DNA of 64,000 nucleotides from a bacterium (GCA_029564595.1 JAKQPS010000120.1:16424-80423), one strand, 5' to 3'. Positions 42,151-52,003 are shown, counted from the first letter of the stretch. Made by a program: numbers and translations. The notes: generated from the sequence alone by a model not told the origin.

Positions 42151-42264
42151 AATAAAAAAAGCGGCTCGGAAATGGAGCCGCTGGAGCTTGAACCGTGTTG
42201 CGGACGGTTCAATGAGGTAGGTTGCTGAAACGGGCAAAGTCCGCGGGCTAGATAGCCCGCGGAC
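42151..42264 (-). terminator. Three consecutive hairpins 3' of the Fe-S oxidoreductase gene, the last followed by a U-run on the minus strand
   Basis: GTCCGCGGGC-TAGATA-GCCCGCGGAC (42239-42264), GAACCGT-GTTGCGG-ACGGTTC (42190-42210), GCGGCTC-GGAAATG-GAGCCGC (42161-42181) adjacent to A7 at 42151-42160. Confidence 0.55.
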
Positions 42265-42329
42265 GCTGTCCATATTCATCGTTGCCGGTTGCCGTGCGGG
42301 ACTGTTCCGCCCGCGACGGCTCTTCGAGG

Positions 42330-44489
42330 TTACTTCTCCACTTTCGCCTGTTCGGTCTGAGCAGGCGCGTCCACCACCGCGGGAGCGGCGGGTTTCACTT
42401 CGATGCCCATCGCCTGAACCACGAGTGTGGAAATATCTTTGAGTTTCAGTTTCTCTTCCATTTCAATGAGCTTTACGCCGTCTTCGATCATCTGCATGCA
42501 GTACGGGCAAGCGACCGCGATGGTGTCCGCTCCGGTGTTGGCAAGCTCTTTGGCGCGTCGGACGTTGAGCCGTTCGTCGCCGGGCACGTCGAGGTCCATG
42601 TCCATGAAGTAGTTGCCGCCGCCCGCTCCGCAGCAGAAGCTGTCCGCGCATTTGTTCTTCGGCTCGATGGCGGTCACGCCTTTGATGGACTTCACGACGC
42701 TGCGCGGCTGTTTGGTCTGTCCGGCGTACCTGCTCAGGTAGCAGGGGTCGTGATAAACCACTTTGCCAGCCACTTCTTTGGTGAGCTTTATCTTGCCCTG
42801 CTCTATCAGTTCGTTAAGGAACTGTCCGTGATGGACGACTTCGTACTTGCCGCCGAACTGGCTGAACTCGTTTTTCAGGGAGTTGAGGCAGTGGGGGCAG
42901 ATGACCACTATGCGGTTGAACTTTATTGAATTGAGTATCTCGACCTGATTCTTGGCGAGGCTCTGGAAGACATTTTCGTCGCCGAGGCAGCGGGCGGGGT
43001 CGCCACAGCATGTCTCGTTGTCGCCGAGCATCGCGAACTTCACGCCGGCGGCGCGCATGATGGCCATCATGTTTTCGGCGATGTGCTGTTTGGCTTGGTC
43101 ATAGTTTGCGACGCAGCCGAGCCAGAAGAGCACGTCTGTTTCTCCGCCCGCGTCGATGATGTCAGGCATCTCGCCTTTGATCCAGTTGAGGCGGCCCTGT
43201 TGCGGGCCGAACGGGTTGCCGCGCTGTTCGAGCGCCTTGAGGGCGTTCTTCGCGTCCGCAGGCAGCCTGCCGTTCATCATAACTTCCGAGCGGCGCACTT
43301 CGACGAGCTGGTCGATGTGCTCGATCATCGCCGGGCACACTTCCATGCAGGCGCGGCAGGTGCGGCACAGCCACAGCCCGTGTTCGTCGAGCACGTCTCC
43401 GATGAAGGGTTCGAGTTCGAGAGGCTGCTGTTCGGCGGCTCCCTCTTCGCCTTCGGCCTTGGCTCCGTCGCCGCCGGCTTTGGCTTTTTCCTGCGCTTCA
43501 TACATCTTATAGAGCGATTTCTTCAGGGACTGTACTACTTTGCGGGGCACTAACGGGTATCCGCACTGGCTGACCGGGCAGGCCTCTTCGCAGCGTCCGC
43601 ATTCGAGGCAGGCGTCCAAGTCCAGCGCGTTTTTCCATGTGAGATCTTTCGCCGTGGTATGTCCGAAATTGAACTCCTCGACATCGTCGCGGGAGAAAAG
43701 CTCTTCGAGGTCTTCCCTCTGCAGGGAGCCTTTCGGCTTGTCGTTGGAGAACATGTAGTTGGCCGGGATGAGCATGATATGGAAGAACTTGGTGTAAGGC
43801 AGAGAAGCGATGAGGGCGAAGGTGGCCAGCGCGTGAGTCCACCACACGAGCGGGTAAACCACCGGCACGGAAGCTTCGGAGAAGACGCCCATCGCTTTGG
43901 AGACGGCGAACCCGAACGGGCTGTATGCCGACCACGGATCGCCCGCGAACTGAATTCTCAGTCCTTCGAGAACGAACCCGCCGAGAGCGATGAACAGCAA
44001 CAGTCCGAGCATGTACGCGTTCTGCCAGTCGGTTTGCAGCGTCTTCGGTTTCAGAACATATCTGCGGATAATCGCAATCGCAAGGCCGACCACGAGGAAG
44101 AACCCCGCTATGTCAGCCAGAAAAGAGACCGCCAGATAGAGGTTGCCTTTGAAGAAAGTCAGCCCGAAAAGCGGTTTCGTAACGTCAATTTCGACGGTCA
44201 GTATAGCCGTTGTGATAGCCAGCATGATGAACGACCAGAAGATCATCGAGTGAAAGACGCCCGGCATGAGTTTTCTGCGAACGCGTCTTTGCATGACCGT
44301 TTCGACCGCCATTTTTACCACGCGGCCCACAACGTCGCCGAAGCGCTCGTTCGCCGGTTTCAGAGCCTTCCACTGCATGATTTTCTTGTATACCCCGTAA
44401 CCGAAAACAGCGAACGAAGTAATCATGAAAATGTACATCACCCAGTGGTGATGCACGTGCCAGTAATATTCTCTATGCGCCATATCCAT
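42330..44489 (-). CDS. Membrane-bound Fe-S oxidoreductase, heterodisulfide reductase-related (NarI-like TM domain + 4Fe-4S ferredoxin + two CCG domains)
   Basis: 719 aa; five N-terminal TM helices with His residues; CLECGRCEEACP and CRTCRACMEVCP ferredoxin motifs; CCG-type cysteine clusters (NETCCGDP, DSFCCGAGGG, CPYCMQ). Confidence 0.8.
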   Translation of the reverse strand: MDMAHREYYWHVHHHWVMYIFMITSFAVFGYGVYKKIMQWKALKPANERFGDVVGRVVKMAVETVMQRRVRRKLMPGVFHSMIFWSFIMLAITTAILTVEIDVTKPLFGLTFFKGNLYLAVSFLADIAGFFLVVGLAIAIIRRYVLKPKTLQTDWQNAYMLGLLLFIALGGFVLEGLRIQFAGDPWSAYSPFGFAVSKAMGVFSEASVPVVYPLVWWTHALATFALIASLPYTKFFHIMLIPANYMFSNDKPKGSLQREDLEELFSRDDVEEFNFGHTTAKDLTWKNALDLDACLECGRCEEACPVSQCGYPLVPRKVVQSLKKSLYKMYEAQEKAKAGGDGAKAEGEEGAAEQQPLELEPFIGDVLDEHGLWLCRTCRACMEVCPAMIEHIDQLVEVRRSEVMMNGRLPADAKNALKALEQRGNPFGPQQGRLNWIKGEMPDIIDAGGETDVLFWLGCVANYDQAKQHIAENMMAIMRAAGVKFAMLGDNETCCGDPARCLGDENVFQSLAKNQVEILNSIKFNRIVVICPHCLNSLKNEFSQFGGKYEVVHHGQFLNELIEQGKIKLTKEVAGKVVYHDPCYLSRYAGQTKQPRSVVKSIKGVTAIEPKNKCADSFCCGAGGGNYFMDMDLDVPGDERLNVRRAKELANTGADTIAVACPYCMQMIEDGVKLIEMEEKLKLKDISTLVVQAMGIEVKPAAPAVVDAPAQTEQAKVEK

Positions 44490-44570
44490 TTTTGATGTCC
44501 CTCCCCGGATGAGTTTTTTTATGGACAGGCCGCCCTTGCGGGCGGCCCATGTTCTGTGTTGTCCGTCCCC

Positions 44571-45001
44571 TTACTTTTTCACGCCGACCGGCTTCTCCAC
44601 ATCTATCGCCTTTCGGGTCGCCGCGTACGTCTGCGAACCCGACTTGCCGTACCAGAACCTCGTGAACTGGCTGGTCACGTCGAAGCAGGTTGTCGCCGCT
44701 TCAAGCTTCAGCCCCTTGCTGTCCAGCGCTTTCATGAACGGGGACACCACTGCCCGCGTCCTGCCGAGGCTCCACACGCATTCCACCAGCGCCACTTCCG
44801 CGTCGCTTGCCTCTTCGAGCATCTTTTTGATCCCCGGGCGGTCCATCACCTTTTCGCATTCGTCAACGTCCTCGTACATCGCCACTATCTCGATTCCGTT
44901 GGCTTCCGCGTATGCTTCGATCCTTTTCTTCTGTTCCCCTCTGTCCACCACGTTGCCTTCGTTGTCTACGTACATTCCGCTCGCGTATCCGATCGCTTTC
45001 A
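44571..45001 (-). CDS. Small protein with resolvase-catalytic-domain-like pattern lacking the catalytic serine
   Basis: Start at ATG 45001 with GGAGG 8 nt upstream; MKAIGYASGMYVDNEG...EIVAMYEDVDECEKVMDRPGIKKML resembles serine-recombinase N-terminal domain layout but has no YxRVSTxxQ serine and no HTH. Confidence 0.5.
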
Positions 45002-45233
45002 TTGTCTTTGCCTCCTCTCTATTTTCACTGTTGTTTTTATTTATCTTTTCCATCTTTTTCACCCCTTTCGGCTTCCTTCAGCCTGCGCCTATTAATATAT
45101 CAAGCCCAGCGCCAAGCCCGATGCCAGCTCAGCAATACAACAAATTGTCCTTCTTACAAAGGCATTTTTATTTTGAATTATTTTTTCGCCTGAATTTGCG
45201 CATCGGATTTTTACATCAGGCGCATATAAAACA

Positions 45234-45433
45234 TATTCACCCTCCGGCCCTTCTTGAGAAATAAATCACAATCTACTATGAGATTTGGTGAATGTGTTTT
45301 CTATTCACCCTCCATGCGTTTTTCAGAATCCATAGCTTCTTCATCTGCCGCATACAAATTTTTTCTTTTATTTACTAGGTGTTTTTTCAGTTTTCTCCCT
45401 TCCATCGCACGGTGAATAAAAATTTTATTCACC
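45234..45433. promoter_or_regulatory. Operator-like array: two GGTGAAT-N9-ATTCACC inverted repeats plus duplicated half-site TATTCACCCTCC
   Basis: Read directly at 45287-45309 and 45411-45433; 12-mer at 45234-45245 and 45302-45313; in AT-rich divergent intergenic region. Confidence 0.5.
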
Positions 45434-45625
45434 TGCATTTCTAATCCCCCAGTTTTGCTGTGGTTTTCCACGTTTTTGAGGAACAAACCTTAAATCAAGT
45501 GGATTTTTCGGTTTACAGGTTCGCCTTTTCATTTTGATGGAAAACAACTGCCACAGATTTTGTTATACAGAGATATATGTATATAATTGACTTACTTTAA
45601 AGATGCTAAGCGGAGGAGACGAACG

Positions 45626-46267
45626 ATGTCTGCGGCGTTAAAGAAAAAAGCAATGGCGATAGCGGAGTATCTACAGGCCAACTACGACGACGCGACCACC
45701 TCGCTCGACTACTCCAAACCGCACGAACTGCTCGTGGCGACCATTCTTTCGGCTCAATGCACGGACGAACGCGTGAACATCGTCACCAAAGACCTGTTCA
45801 AGAAATACAGGACGGTGAAAGCGTTCGCGGACGCCGACCTCGGCGAGCTTGAGAAAGACATTCATTCGACCGGATTCTTCAAGAACAAAGCGAAGAACAT
45901 CAAAGGCTGTTGCGCGGCGATAATCGAGAAACACGGCGGCAAGGTTCCGGGGACGATGGAAGAGCTGGTGGAACTGCCCGGCGTCGGGCGCAAAACCGCC
46001 AACGTGGTGCTCGGCAACGCGTTCGGAACTCCCGGCGTGATAGTGGACACCCATGTGTCCCGCATCGCCCAGCGTTCCGGGCTTTCGAAAAACTCCGACC
46101 CCGTTAAGATTGAATTCGACATCATGGAACTTATCCCTCAGAAGATGTGGACGGATTTCTCCAACCAGCTTGTGTGGCACGGCAGGAGAATCTGCGACGC
46201 GAGAAAACCCAAGTGCGGCGAATGCGGCATGATAAAACACTGCGACTTCGGCAAGAAATCACAGTAG
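45626..46267 (+). CDS. nth: Endonuclease III (DNA glycosylase/AP lyase)
   Basis: Start at ATG 45626 behind GGAGGA; HhH-GPD motif LVELPGVGRKTANVVL, catalytic Lys context, [4Fe-4S] cluster C-x6-C-x2-C-x5-C (CDARKPKCGECGMIKHC). Confidence 0.9.
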   Translation: MSAALKKKAMAIAEYLQANYDDATTSLDYSKPHELLVATILSAQCTDERVNIVTKDLFKKYRTVKAFADADLGELEKDIHSTGFFKNKAKNIKGCCAAIIEKHGGKVPGTMEELVELPGVGRKTANVVLGNAFGTPGVIVDTHVSRIAQRSGLSKNSDPVKIEFDIMELIPQKMWTDFSNQLVWHGRRICDARKPKCGECGMIKHCDFGKKSQ

Positions 46268-46287
46268 CCCTGAGCGTTTTTTGGGAA

Positions 46288-46947
46288 TTATCCCTTGGAT
46301 CGCTTCCGCGCCGAGATAAAATAATTCATTCCCGCGCGCTTCAGTTTTACGTTTTCGAATCCGGCTTCGGAGACCATTTTTCGGACTTCGACGCCCGGAA
46401 GTCCGGACGAATAAGACTTCCAGAAATTGCCCGATATCATCCTGCCCGCGGCAACGCGCAAAAAGACCCGCATCGCGACGGCAATCGCTTTCGGACTATC
46501 CGCGTCAAAATCAACGAGGAAAAATTTTCCTTCAGGCTTCAGCGCACGCAGAGCTTCTGATATCACTCCGGCAGGGTTGTCGGCTTCGTGAAGCAACTGC
46601 TTGCACACTACGATATCGAACGACGCGTCCGCCGCCGAGAGATTGTCCGCCGAACAAAACATGGTGTCGATGGAAAACCCGGCGCGAGCGGCTTCCTCGC
46701 GCGCGATCGCGAGCATGGGCGCGGCGGAATCCTGCCCGACAAGCGCAGCGTTCGGGATGCGCTTTGCAAGTTGAATAAGAAGAAACGCCGGTCCGGTAGC
46801 AATGTCAAGAATCGCCGGAGCTTCGGGAAGCGGCTCCAGTTCGCCCGCAATCATGCTCGCCGTCATCCCGTGATCGAACCGCGAGAACGGCCGCAGTCCG
46901 TCAGCGTACTGCCTGCAGAATTCCTCGTTCCAGTCGTAAACAACCAT
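46288..46947 (-). CDS. Class I SAM-dependent methyltransferase
   Basis: 219 aa; motif I ILDIATGPAF and downstream acidic motifs. Confidence 0.8.
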   Translation of the reverse strand: MVVYDWNEEFCRQYADGLRPFSRFDHGMTASMIAGELEPLPEAPAILDIATGPAFLLIQLAKRIPNAALVGQDSAAPMLAIAREEAARAGFSIDTMFCSADNLSAADASFDIVVCKQLLHEADNPAGVISEALRALKPEGKFFLVDFDADSPKAIAVAMRVFLRVAAGRMISGNFWKSYSSGLPGVEVRKMVSEAGFENVKLKRAGMNYFISARKRSKG

Positions 46948-47018
46948 TTTTCAGATTTCTCTTTCGACAATTTCTGGCGTGTCCGGCCTCGTCAACTCGC
47001 ATTTTTCGCCAATGCGGA

Positions 47019-48374
47019 TCAAGCGTCGAAGCGGCTGTCCGCATTATCCGACAGCGCTTTTCGCGAAGCGCGCGCCTTTTCGGCGGCGGCGTCTATCACG
47101 AAAAAGAATTCTTTTCCGCCGCATATTATCCCGCTGTCTGTAACTGAGCGGTCTTTTATCATTTCTTTTAACGCGTTTTCATCAAACCTGTGAGTCTTTA
47201 TTCCCGTCCCCGGGTCGGACAGCCTTCCGGCCGCGCTCGCGATTATTCTGTTGCGCGACGACGCCAAGTTCTTAACCGGCTCAGACACAACCACTTTTTT
47301 TCTCGCGGCGGCAACCATCTTGTCGATAATTTCCTCGTGCCTCGGAATAAATTGATACAAACTGCTCAGCATAACCACATAATCGGCCTCAGGCAGAGCA
47401 TCCGCCGTCTCTACATTCATGCGTCGCGCGTCAATCCCCTTTTTCTTGGCTAGCCGAACAAATCGGGCGTTCACATCCACGCCGGCATACTTAATCCTCT
47501 TTCCCTTTGCGATATCGAACAGAGTCGCGTCTGCGCAACACACATCGAGCGCGCTCGCTCCCTCTTCCAAAACATCCGACGCCTTCCGGAATTTTTCTAA
47601 ATATGAGCCCGCATACATCAACTTTGAAATCGCGCGAAAAACAAAAGGATGCCTGTAATAAAAGCTCGGCCTTCCCGCTTTGGGGTAAATCTTTCTCAGC
47701 GCGAAAACATGCTTCAAGTGTTTGAATCCGATTTTGAGGCTCGATAAGTGGCCCGATGAAAGCTTGCTTTTTCCGATTCTATGCCTATAGCGGACAGGCA
47801 TCTGAGCCGTTATCGCGCCGCTGCTCGCCGCGGCCACATACATTTCCGACGAAAAAGACGAGTCGCCGATATGAAGCTTGTCTACAAAACGTTCGAGGGA
47901 CTTCCTCCTGACGGCGACAAACGTCGAGCCGATATCCGTAAGCGGCTCGCAGCCGTACAGCCACGACACCAGCTTGCCGAGAATCCTGTTTCCCGCGACT
48001 TTATACCATGACATATCAGCGCCGGACTCGTTCATAGCAGGGAAGGTTCTGCTTCCGGAAACGAAATCCGCTTCTTCCAGCGCGTCAAGCATTCCAATCA
48101 AGTCCGCAGCCGAGAATGTCCCATCGGATTCCACAAGAACCACGATATCCGATTTCGCCTCTTTCAATGCCCGTATGCAGGCGTTTCCGTATCCCTGCTT
48201 CTCCTCCTTGACGACCTTTGCGCCCGCGCCCTCCGCAACCGCCGCCGTGGCGTCCGTTGAATTATTGTCCACGACTATTATTTCGTCCACGAAACCGAGA
48301 GCGCGAAAATCCTTCGCCGTCGCTCCGACGCCGTCTTCCTCGTTATAAGCCGGCATGACAACCGACACTTTCAT
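47019..48374 (-). CDS. Family 2 glycosyltransferase fused to a methyltransferase-like C-terminal domain
   Basis: Start at ATG 48374 (MKVSVVMPAYNEE); GT2 signatures VVDNNSTD and DxD-like ESDG; C-terminal half resembles class I methyltransferase fold (ALDVCCADATL). Confidence 0.7.
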   Translation of the reverse strand: MKVSVVMPAYNEEDGVGATAKDFRALGFVDEIIVVDNNSTDATAAVAEGAGAKVVKEEKQGYGNACIRALKEAKSDIVVLVESDGTFSAADLIGMLDALEEADFVSGSRTFPAMNESGADMSWYKVAGNRILGKLVSWLYGCEPLTDIGSTFVAVRRKSLERFVDKLHIGDSSFSSEMYVAAASSGAITAQMPVRYRHRIGKSKLSSGHLSSLKIGFKHLKHVFALRKIYPKAGRPSFYYRHPFVFRAISKLMYAGSYLEKFRKASDVLEEGASALDVCCADATLFDIAKGKRIKYAGVDVNARFVRLAKKKGIDARRMNVETADALPEADYVVMLSSLYQFIPRHEEIIDKMVAAARKKVVVSEPVKNLASSRNRIIASAAGRLSDPGTGIKTHRFDENALKEMIKDRSVTDSGIICGGKEFFFVIDAAAEKARASRKALSDNADSRFDA

Positions 48375-48764
48375 CCCATTGCGAGCCATATAGTTGCGTC
48401 CTGACAACTCACGCGCGGAAAGCCATCCGGCGCCGGCGATCCCGAAAGGTTAACCGCGGCTTCGCGTTCGAACCGCTAGATCGACCGCTGTCCATCAGCC
48501 AACGCGCCGCCTGCGAAAACCTTCCTTTTCAGCCGCAAACGCCCTCAACTAGATTTCCGTTCCGATGATATTAGATATATCCCGACTAGTCAAACAGCGA
48601 AGCGGGGATGGAGACATGGTTCGCGGCGCTCTGCGCGCCGCGTATGAAAAACAAGCGCGGCTGAAATCCAATTTCCGACGACGCCGCTTTATGCCTGACT
48701 GGTTGTTCATTCTCGACTAGGCTTTCCAGAGTTCGAAAGGATTCGGAATTATTGTTTCCAATCG

Positions 48765-49790
48765 ATGCGGGCACGGTATAATATCCGCATGAAAAACGGC
48801 GACAGGGAATCGATAGACGTTCATGTTCATATTCTTGCGGTGGCGGCGGCCAACGGGGCGCGGGTGTGCCCGAAAATGCGGCGCAGCCTGATGTCGCTCT
48901 GCCTCGGCGCGAAATACGGCTGGCGGGGAGACGATGAAGCTTTCGACAGGGCGTACGCAGAACGGCTGGCGCGGGAAATTCGCGAATCAAAAACAACCGA
49001 CCGGGCAGTTGTCTTGGCGTTCGACGGAGTTTACGACTCTTCCGGCGCGCTCGACTCGGCGCGCACTTCGGCATACATCCCCAACGAATACTGCCTGAAG
49101 CTCTGCGAGAGGCATCCCGAATTCATCTTCGGCGCTTCCGTGAATCCGGCGCGGGCGGACGCTCTGGACGAACTGGACCGTGTGGCCGCAAACGGCGCCG
49201 CCCTCATTAAATGGGTGGCGAACTCTCAGGACATCAATCCCGCAGAGCCTTCTTTCATCCCTTTCTACCGCAAGATGGCGGAACTGAAGCTCCCCCTGCT
49301 CTCTCACACGGGATACGAACACTGCGTAAAAACGTTGAACCACGCGTACGGCGACCCCAAACTGCTGCGCGTCGCGCTGGACGAAGGCGTGACGGTCATC
49401 GCCGCCCACGCCGGCACATCCGGAATAGGACATCCCATCGAATATTTCGACGACTATCTGGCTATGCTCGACGAGTATCCCAACTTGTGGGGAGACCTCG
49501 GAGCGGTAACCGGAATCACAAGGTTCAAATACATCCCCGCCATGCTTGCCCGCGAGGGGTTCACAGGTCGTTGTTTGCAGGCAACTGACTATCCGGCGCC
49601 GCCGATCCCCGCGCTATTCGTCCGCTCCGTCGGCGTCCGCCGCGCGCTCGGACTCTCCATGCGGCGGAACATCTTCGACAAGGATGTAGAACTGAAGCGC
49701 GCGCTCGGTTTTCCGGACGACATCCTTTACAACGCCGCAGGTCTGCTGCCTGAAGCGTCGCTTCGACCCCGCGCTATTACCAATAATTAA
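48765..49790 (+). CDS. Amidohydrolase-family (TIM-barrel metal-dependent hydrolase) protein
   Basis: 341 aa; N-terminal IDVHVHIL metal-binding HxH motif; alternative start at ATG 48789 lies 7 bp after a TATAAT (possible leaderless mRNA). Confidence 0.7.
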   Translation: MRARYNIRMKNGDRESIDVHVHILAVAAANGARVCPKMRRSLMSLCLGAKYGWRGDDEAFDRAYAERLAREIRESKTTDRAVVLAFDGVYDSSGALDSARTSAYIPNEYCLKLCERHPEFIFGASVNPARADALDELDRVAANGAALIKWVANSQDINPAEPSFIPFYRKMAELKLPLLSHTGYEHCVKTLNHAYGDPKLLRVALDEGVTVIAAHAGTSGIGHPIEYFDDYLAMLDEYPNLWGDLGAVTGITRFKYIPAMLAREGFTGRCLQATDYPAPPIPALFVRSVGVRRALGLSMRRNIFDKDVELKRALGFPDDILYNAAGLLPEASLRPRAITNN

Positions 49791-49895
49791 GATTCGTCGA
49801 TTTTGAATTAAGATTTAAGCTCGCCTGAGGCTGGTGAATTTTTTCACATTGAATCTCCGCCGCCGGCTCATTATAATTCTCGCGGGGGAACCGCC

Positions 49896-51299
49896 ATGCT
49901 GACCAATGTGGATTTCACAAGCGGAAAGATGCTTCTGAGGAACGCGAGGACTTTGGATGTCGCCGGCGGGAAACTGCTTGACGCGTCCAACGTGCTGATT
50001 GACGGCGGGAAGGTGGTCGATATCGACGCGGCGTCCGCGCCCCCTTCGGACGCTGACGTGTTCGACCTCGGCGGCCTAACTCTTTCTCCGGGCCTCATCG
50101 ACACTCACGTCCATATACTCAGCCCATATCTGACAGAACAGAAAGGCGTGCCGGGGATGTGGACTTTCAAACAGATGGACCGCAACTGCGAGAACACGCT
50201 CGCTGCGGGAATTGTCTGCGTGGTGGACATGTTGTCCCCGATAAAAGTGCTGAGGCGGCAGCGAAAGAAAATCTCGGCGGGCAAGGTGAACGGCCCGGAT
50301 GTGATGATGTCCGGCGGAATATTCAGTTGCCAAGGCGGATACCCGGAGGCGATAAACCCCGTGCCGAAAGCCGTCGGCGCGCTTGTGGGCCAACCGAAAT
50401 ATCAGCCGCAGTCGCCGGACGAAGCCGCCAAACTTGTGAACTATCTCCACGGCCTCGGAGCGACCGTGATAAAGGTCGGATACACGAGACTTTCCAGACA
50501 ACTCGTCGACGGGCGCTCCCTGCCCGCCATCTCGGATGAAGTTCTGACGGGCGTTTGCGACGCCGCCCATGCGCTCGGCCTCAAAGTCCGCGTGCATCAC
50601 AACTGGTCGGAAGACATGCTGCATCTGGTCGATTTCAAAATCGACGCCCTTGAACACGGAGTTTACGACCGCAACCTGCTGGACGACGAGATAATGGCCC
50701 TTAAAAATCACGGCGCGTCGGTAATCCCGACACTGACCATCAACGACAGCCAAGGCCGTTTTGAAGAAAAGCTGGGATTTCTGCGCAGCGAGCGCGCACA
50801 AGAATATTTCGAGCCGCAAGCGCTCGAACACCTGCTTTGGGTGTGTTCGACGTGGACCAAGTTCCAAGGCGAAAGCTATGACGGCTCCTTCGGTTACACT
50901 CGCGCCAACAGATACTGCTATGAAATCGAATACCGCAACACCCGCAAACTGTTCGAAGCCGGAGTGAAGCTGTACGCGGGAACCGACTGCGGAGCGGTCG
51001 TGGCGTACCCCGGCGAACTTGCTGATGAGATACTGCGTCTGACATCCATCGGGATGACGAACGCGCAGGCTCTCCGCGCGGCGACGAATGAAGCCGCCGA
51101 ATTCATCGGCCGCCCAGACCTCGGAGAAGTCGCCCCCGGAAAAACCGCTCACCTCGCGGTGTTCGAGGGCAACCCGATGGAAGACCTCTCGGCTCTGCGC
51201 CGCGTACGCTATGTGATGAAATCCGGCCGCCTGATGAAAACTTCCCACGACGAGTTGCCGGAATTCTGGCAAGGCTTCACCGTTCTTGCCCCGAACTGA
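49896..51299 (+). CDS. Amidohydrolase family protein
   Basis: 467 aa; GLIDTHVHIL metal-binding motif, conserved downstream His and Asp (GTDCGAV). Confidence 0.8.
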   Translation: MLTNVDFTSGKMLLRNARTLDVAGGKLLDASNVLIDGGKVVDIDAASAPPSDADVFDLGGLTLSPGLIDTHVHILSPYLTEQKGVPGMWTFKQMDRNCENTLAAGIVCVVDMLSPIKVLRRQRKKISAGKVNGPDVMMSGGIFSCQGGYPEAINPVPKAVGALVGQPKYQPQSPDEAAKLVNYLHGLGATVIKVGYTRLSRQLVDGRSLPAISDEVLTGVCDAAHALGLKVRVHHNWSEDMLHLVDFKIDALEHGVYDRNLLDDEIMALKNHGASVIPTLTINDSQGRFEEKLGFLRSERAQEYFEPQALEHLLWVCSTWTKFQGESYDGSFGYTRANRYCYEIEYRNTRKLFEAGVKLYAGTDCGAVVAYPGELADEILRLTSIGMTNAQALRAATNEAAEFIGRPDLGEVAPGKTAHLAVFEGNPMEDLSALRRVRYVMKSGRLMKTSHDELPEFWQGFTVLAPN

Positions 51300-51553
51300 A
51301 GACCGCGCACAGCGCATCCGAACAGTCTTTTCCTTATTTTTTTGATGAATCCGATATTGCGGATAACCGAGCGGCAAACGCGAGACGCGGGGCGCTTGCT
51401 TTCGCGCAACGTCGCGCAACGAGTCCCATCGCGTCCTTGTGATTAAAATCCTTTCGCTAAAGTCCGTTAAAGCCGCCGAACGCGGGTATATATAAGGGTG
51501 AAGGCGATTGCGGCGCAGAAAAACAGCCGGAGATGTCGCAGGAGGTGGACGAA

Positions 51554-51910
51554 ATGGCACTAAGCCTAAAAATCAAAAGCACGCAGACGACCCACGTGGT
51601 GAGCCTCAAGGGAGAACTCGCGTTCGACACAGTCGGGGCATTGAAAAACTATCTGGACGGTCTGCCTGAGTTGAACAGGCTGCCGGTGGTGCTCGACATG
51701 TCGGAAGTGGAGTTCGTGGACAGCAAAGGGGCCGGGTTCATCGTCCAACTCAACGAACGCCTCAGCCGCGAAGGCCTCTTTATCTCCGAGTTGCAGCCGC
51801 AGATAAAAGAAATCTTCCGCAGGCTGTTCCTTCTCGAAAGGTTGAAGGTTTTCAAAAAAACCGAGGACGCCGTAAACGAGGCTCCCGGACTTAGCCGGTC
51901 ATTCGGCTGA
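51554..51910 (+). CDS. STAS-domain protein (anti-sigma-factor antagonist-like)
   Basis: Start at ATG 51554 behind AGGAGG; roughly 118 aa with VVLDMSEVEFVDSKGAGFIV STAS core. Confidence 0.65.
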   Translation: MALSLKIKSTQTTHVVSLKGELAFDTVGALKNYLDGLPELNRLPVVLDMSEVEFVDSKGAGFIVQLNERLSREGLFISELQPQIKEIFRRLFLLERLKVFKKTEDAVNEAPGLSRSFG

Positions 51911-52003
51911 CGGAAGGAACGCGCCGCTACAGCGGAAGTTGAGCCAACGTTGTGAAACCGCCGACCGCATGGAGTATAATAACTCCGGAGGCGGCGGTTT
52001 CGC

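Noticed and set aside
43659-44495. 278-aa plus-strand ORF within the Fe-S oxidoreductase gene
   Set aside because: Antisense to a gene with multiple cysteine-cluster motifs; no motifs of its own.
44571-45062. Small resolvase-like protein considered as a serine recombinase marking a mobile element
   Set aside because: Catalytic serine and DNA-binding domain are absent and the gene sits in an operon-like position with a redox enzyme; kept as a CDS but not called a mobile element.
50076-51560. 494-aa minus-strand ORF across the second amidohydrolase gene
   Set aside because: Antisense shadow; the plus-strand gene has the HxH metal-binding motif and good start context.
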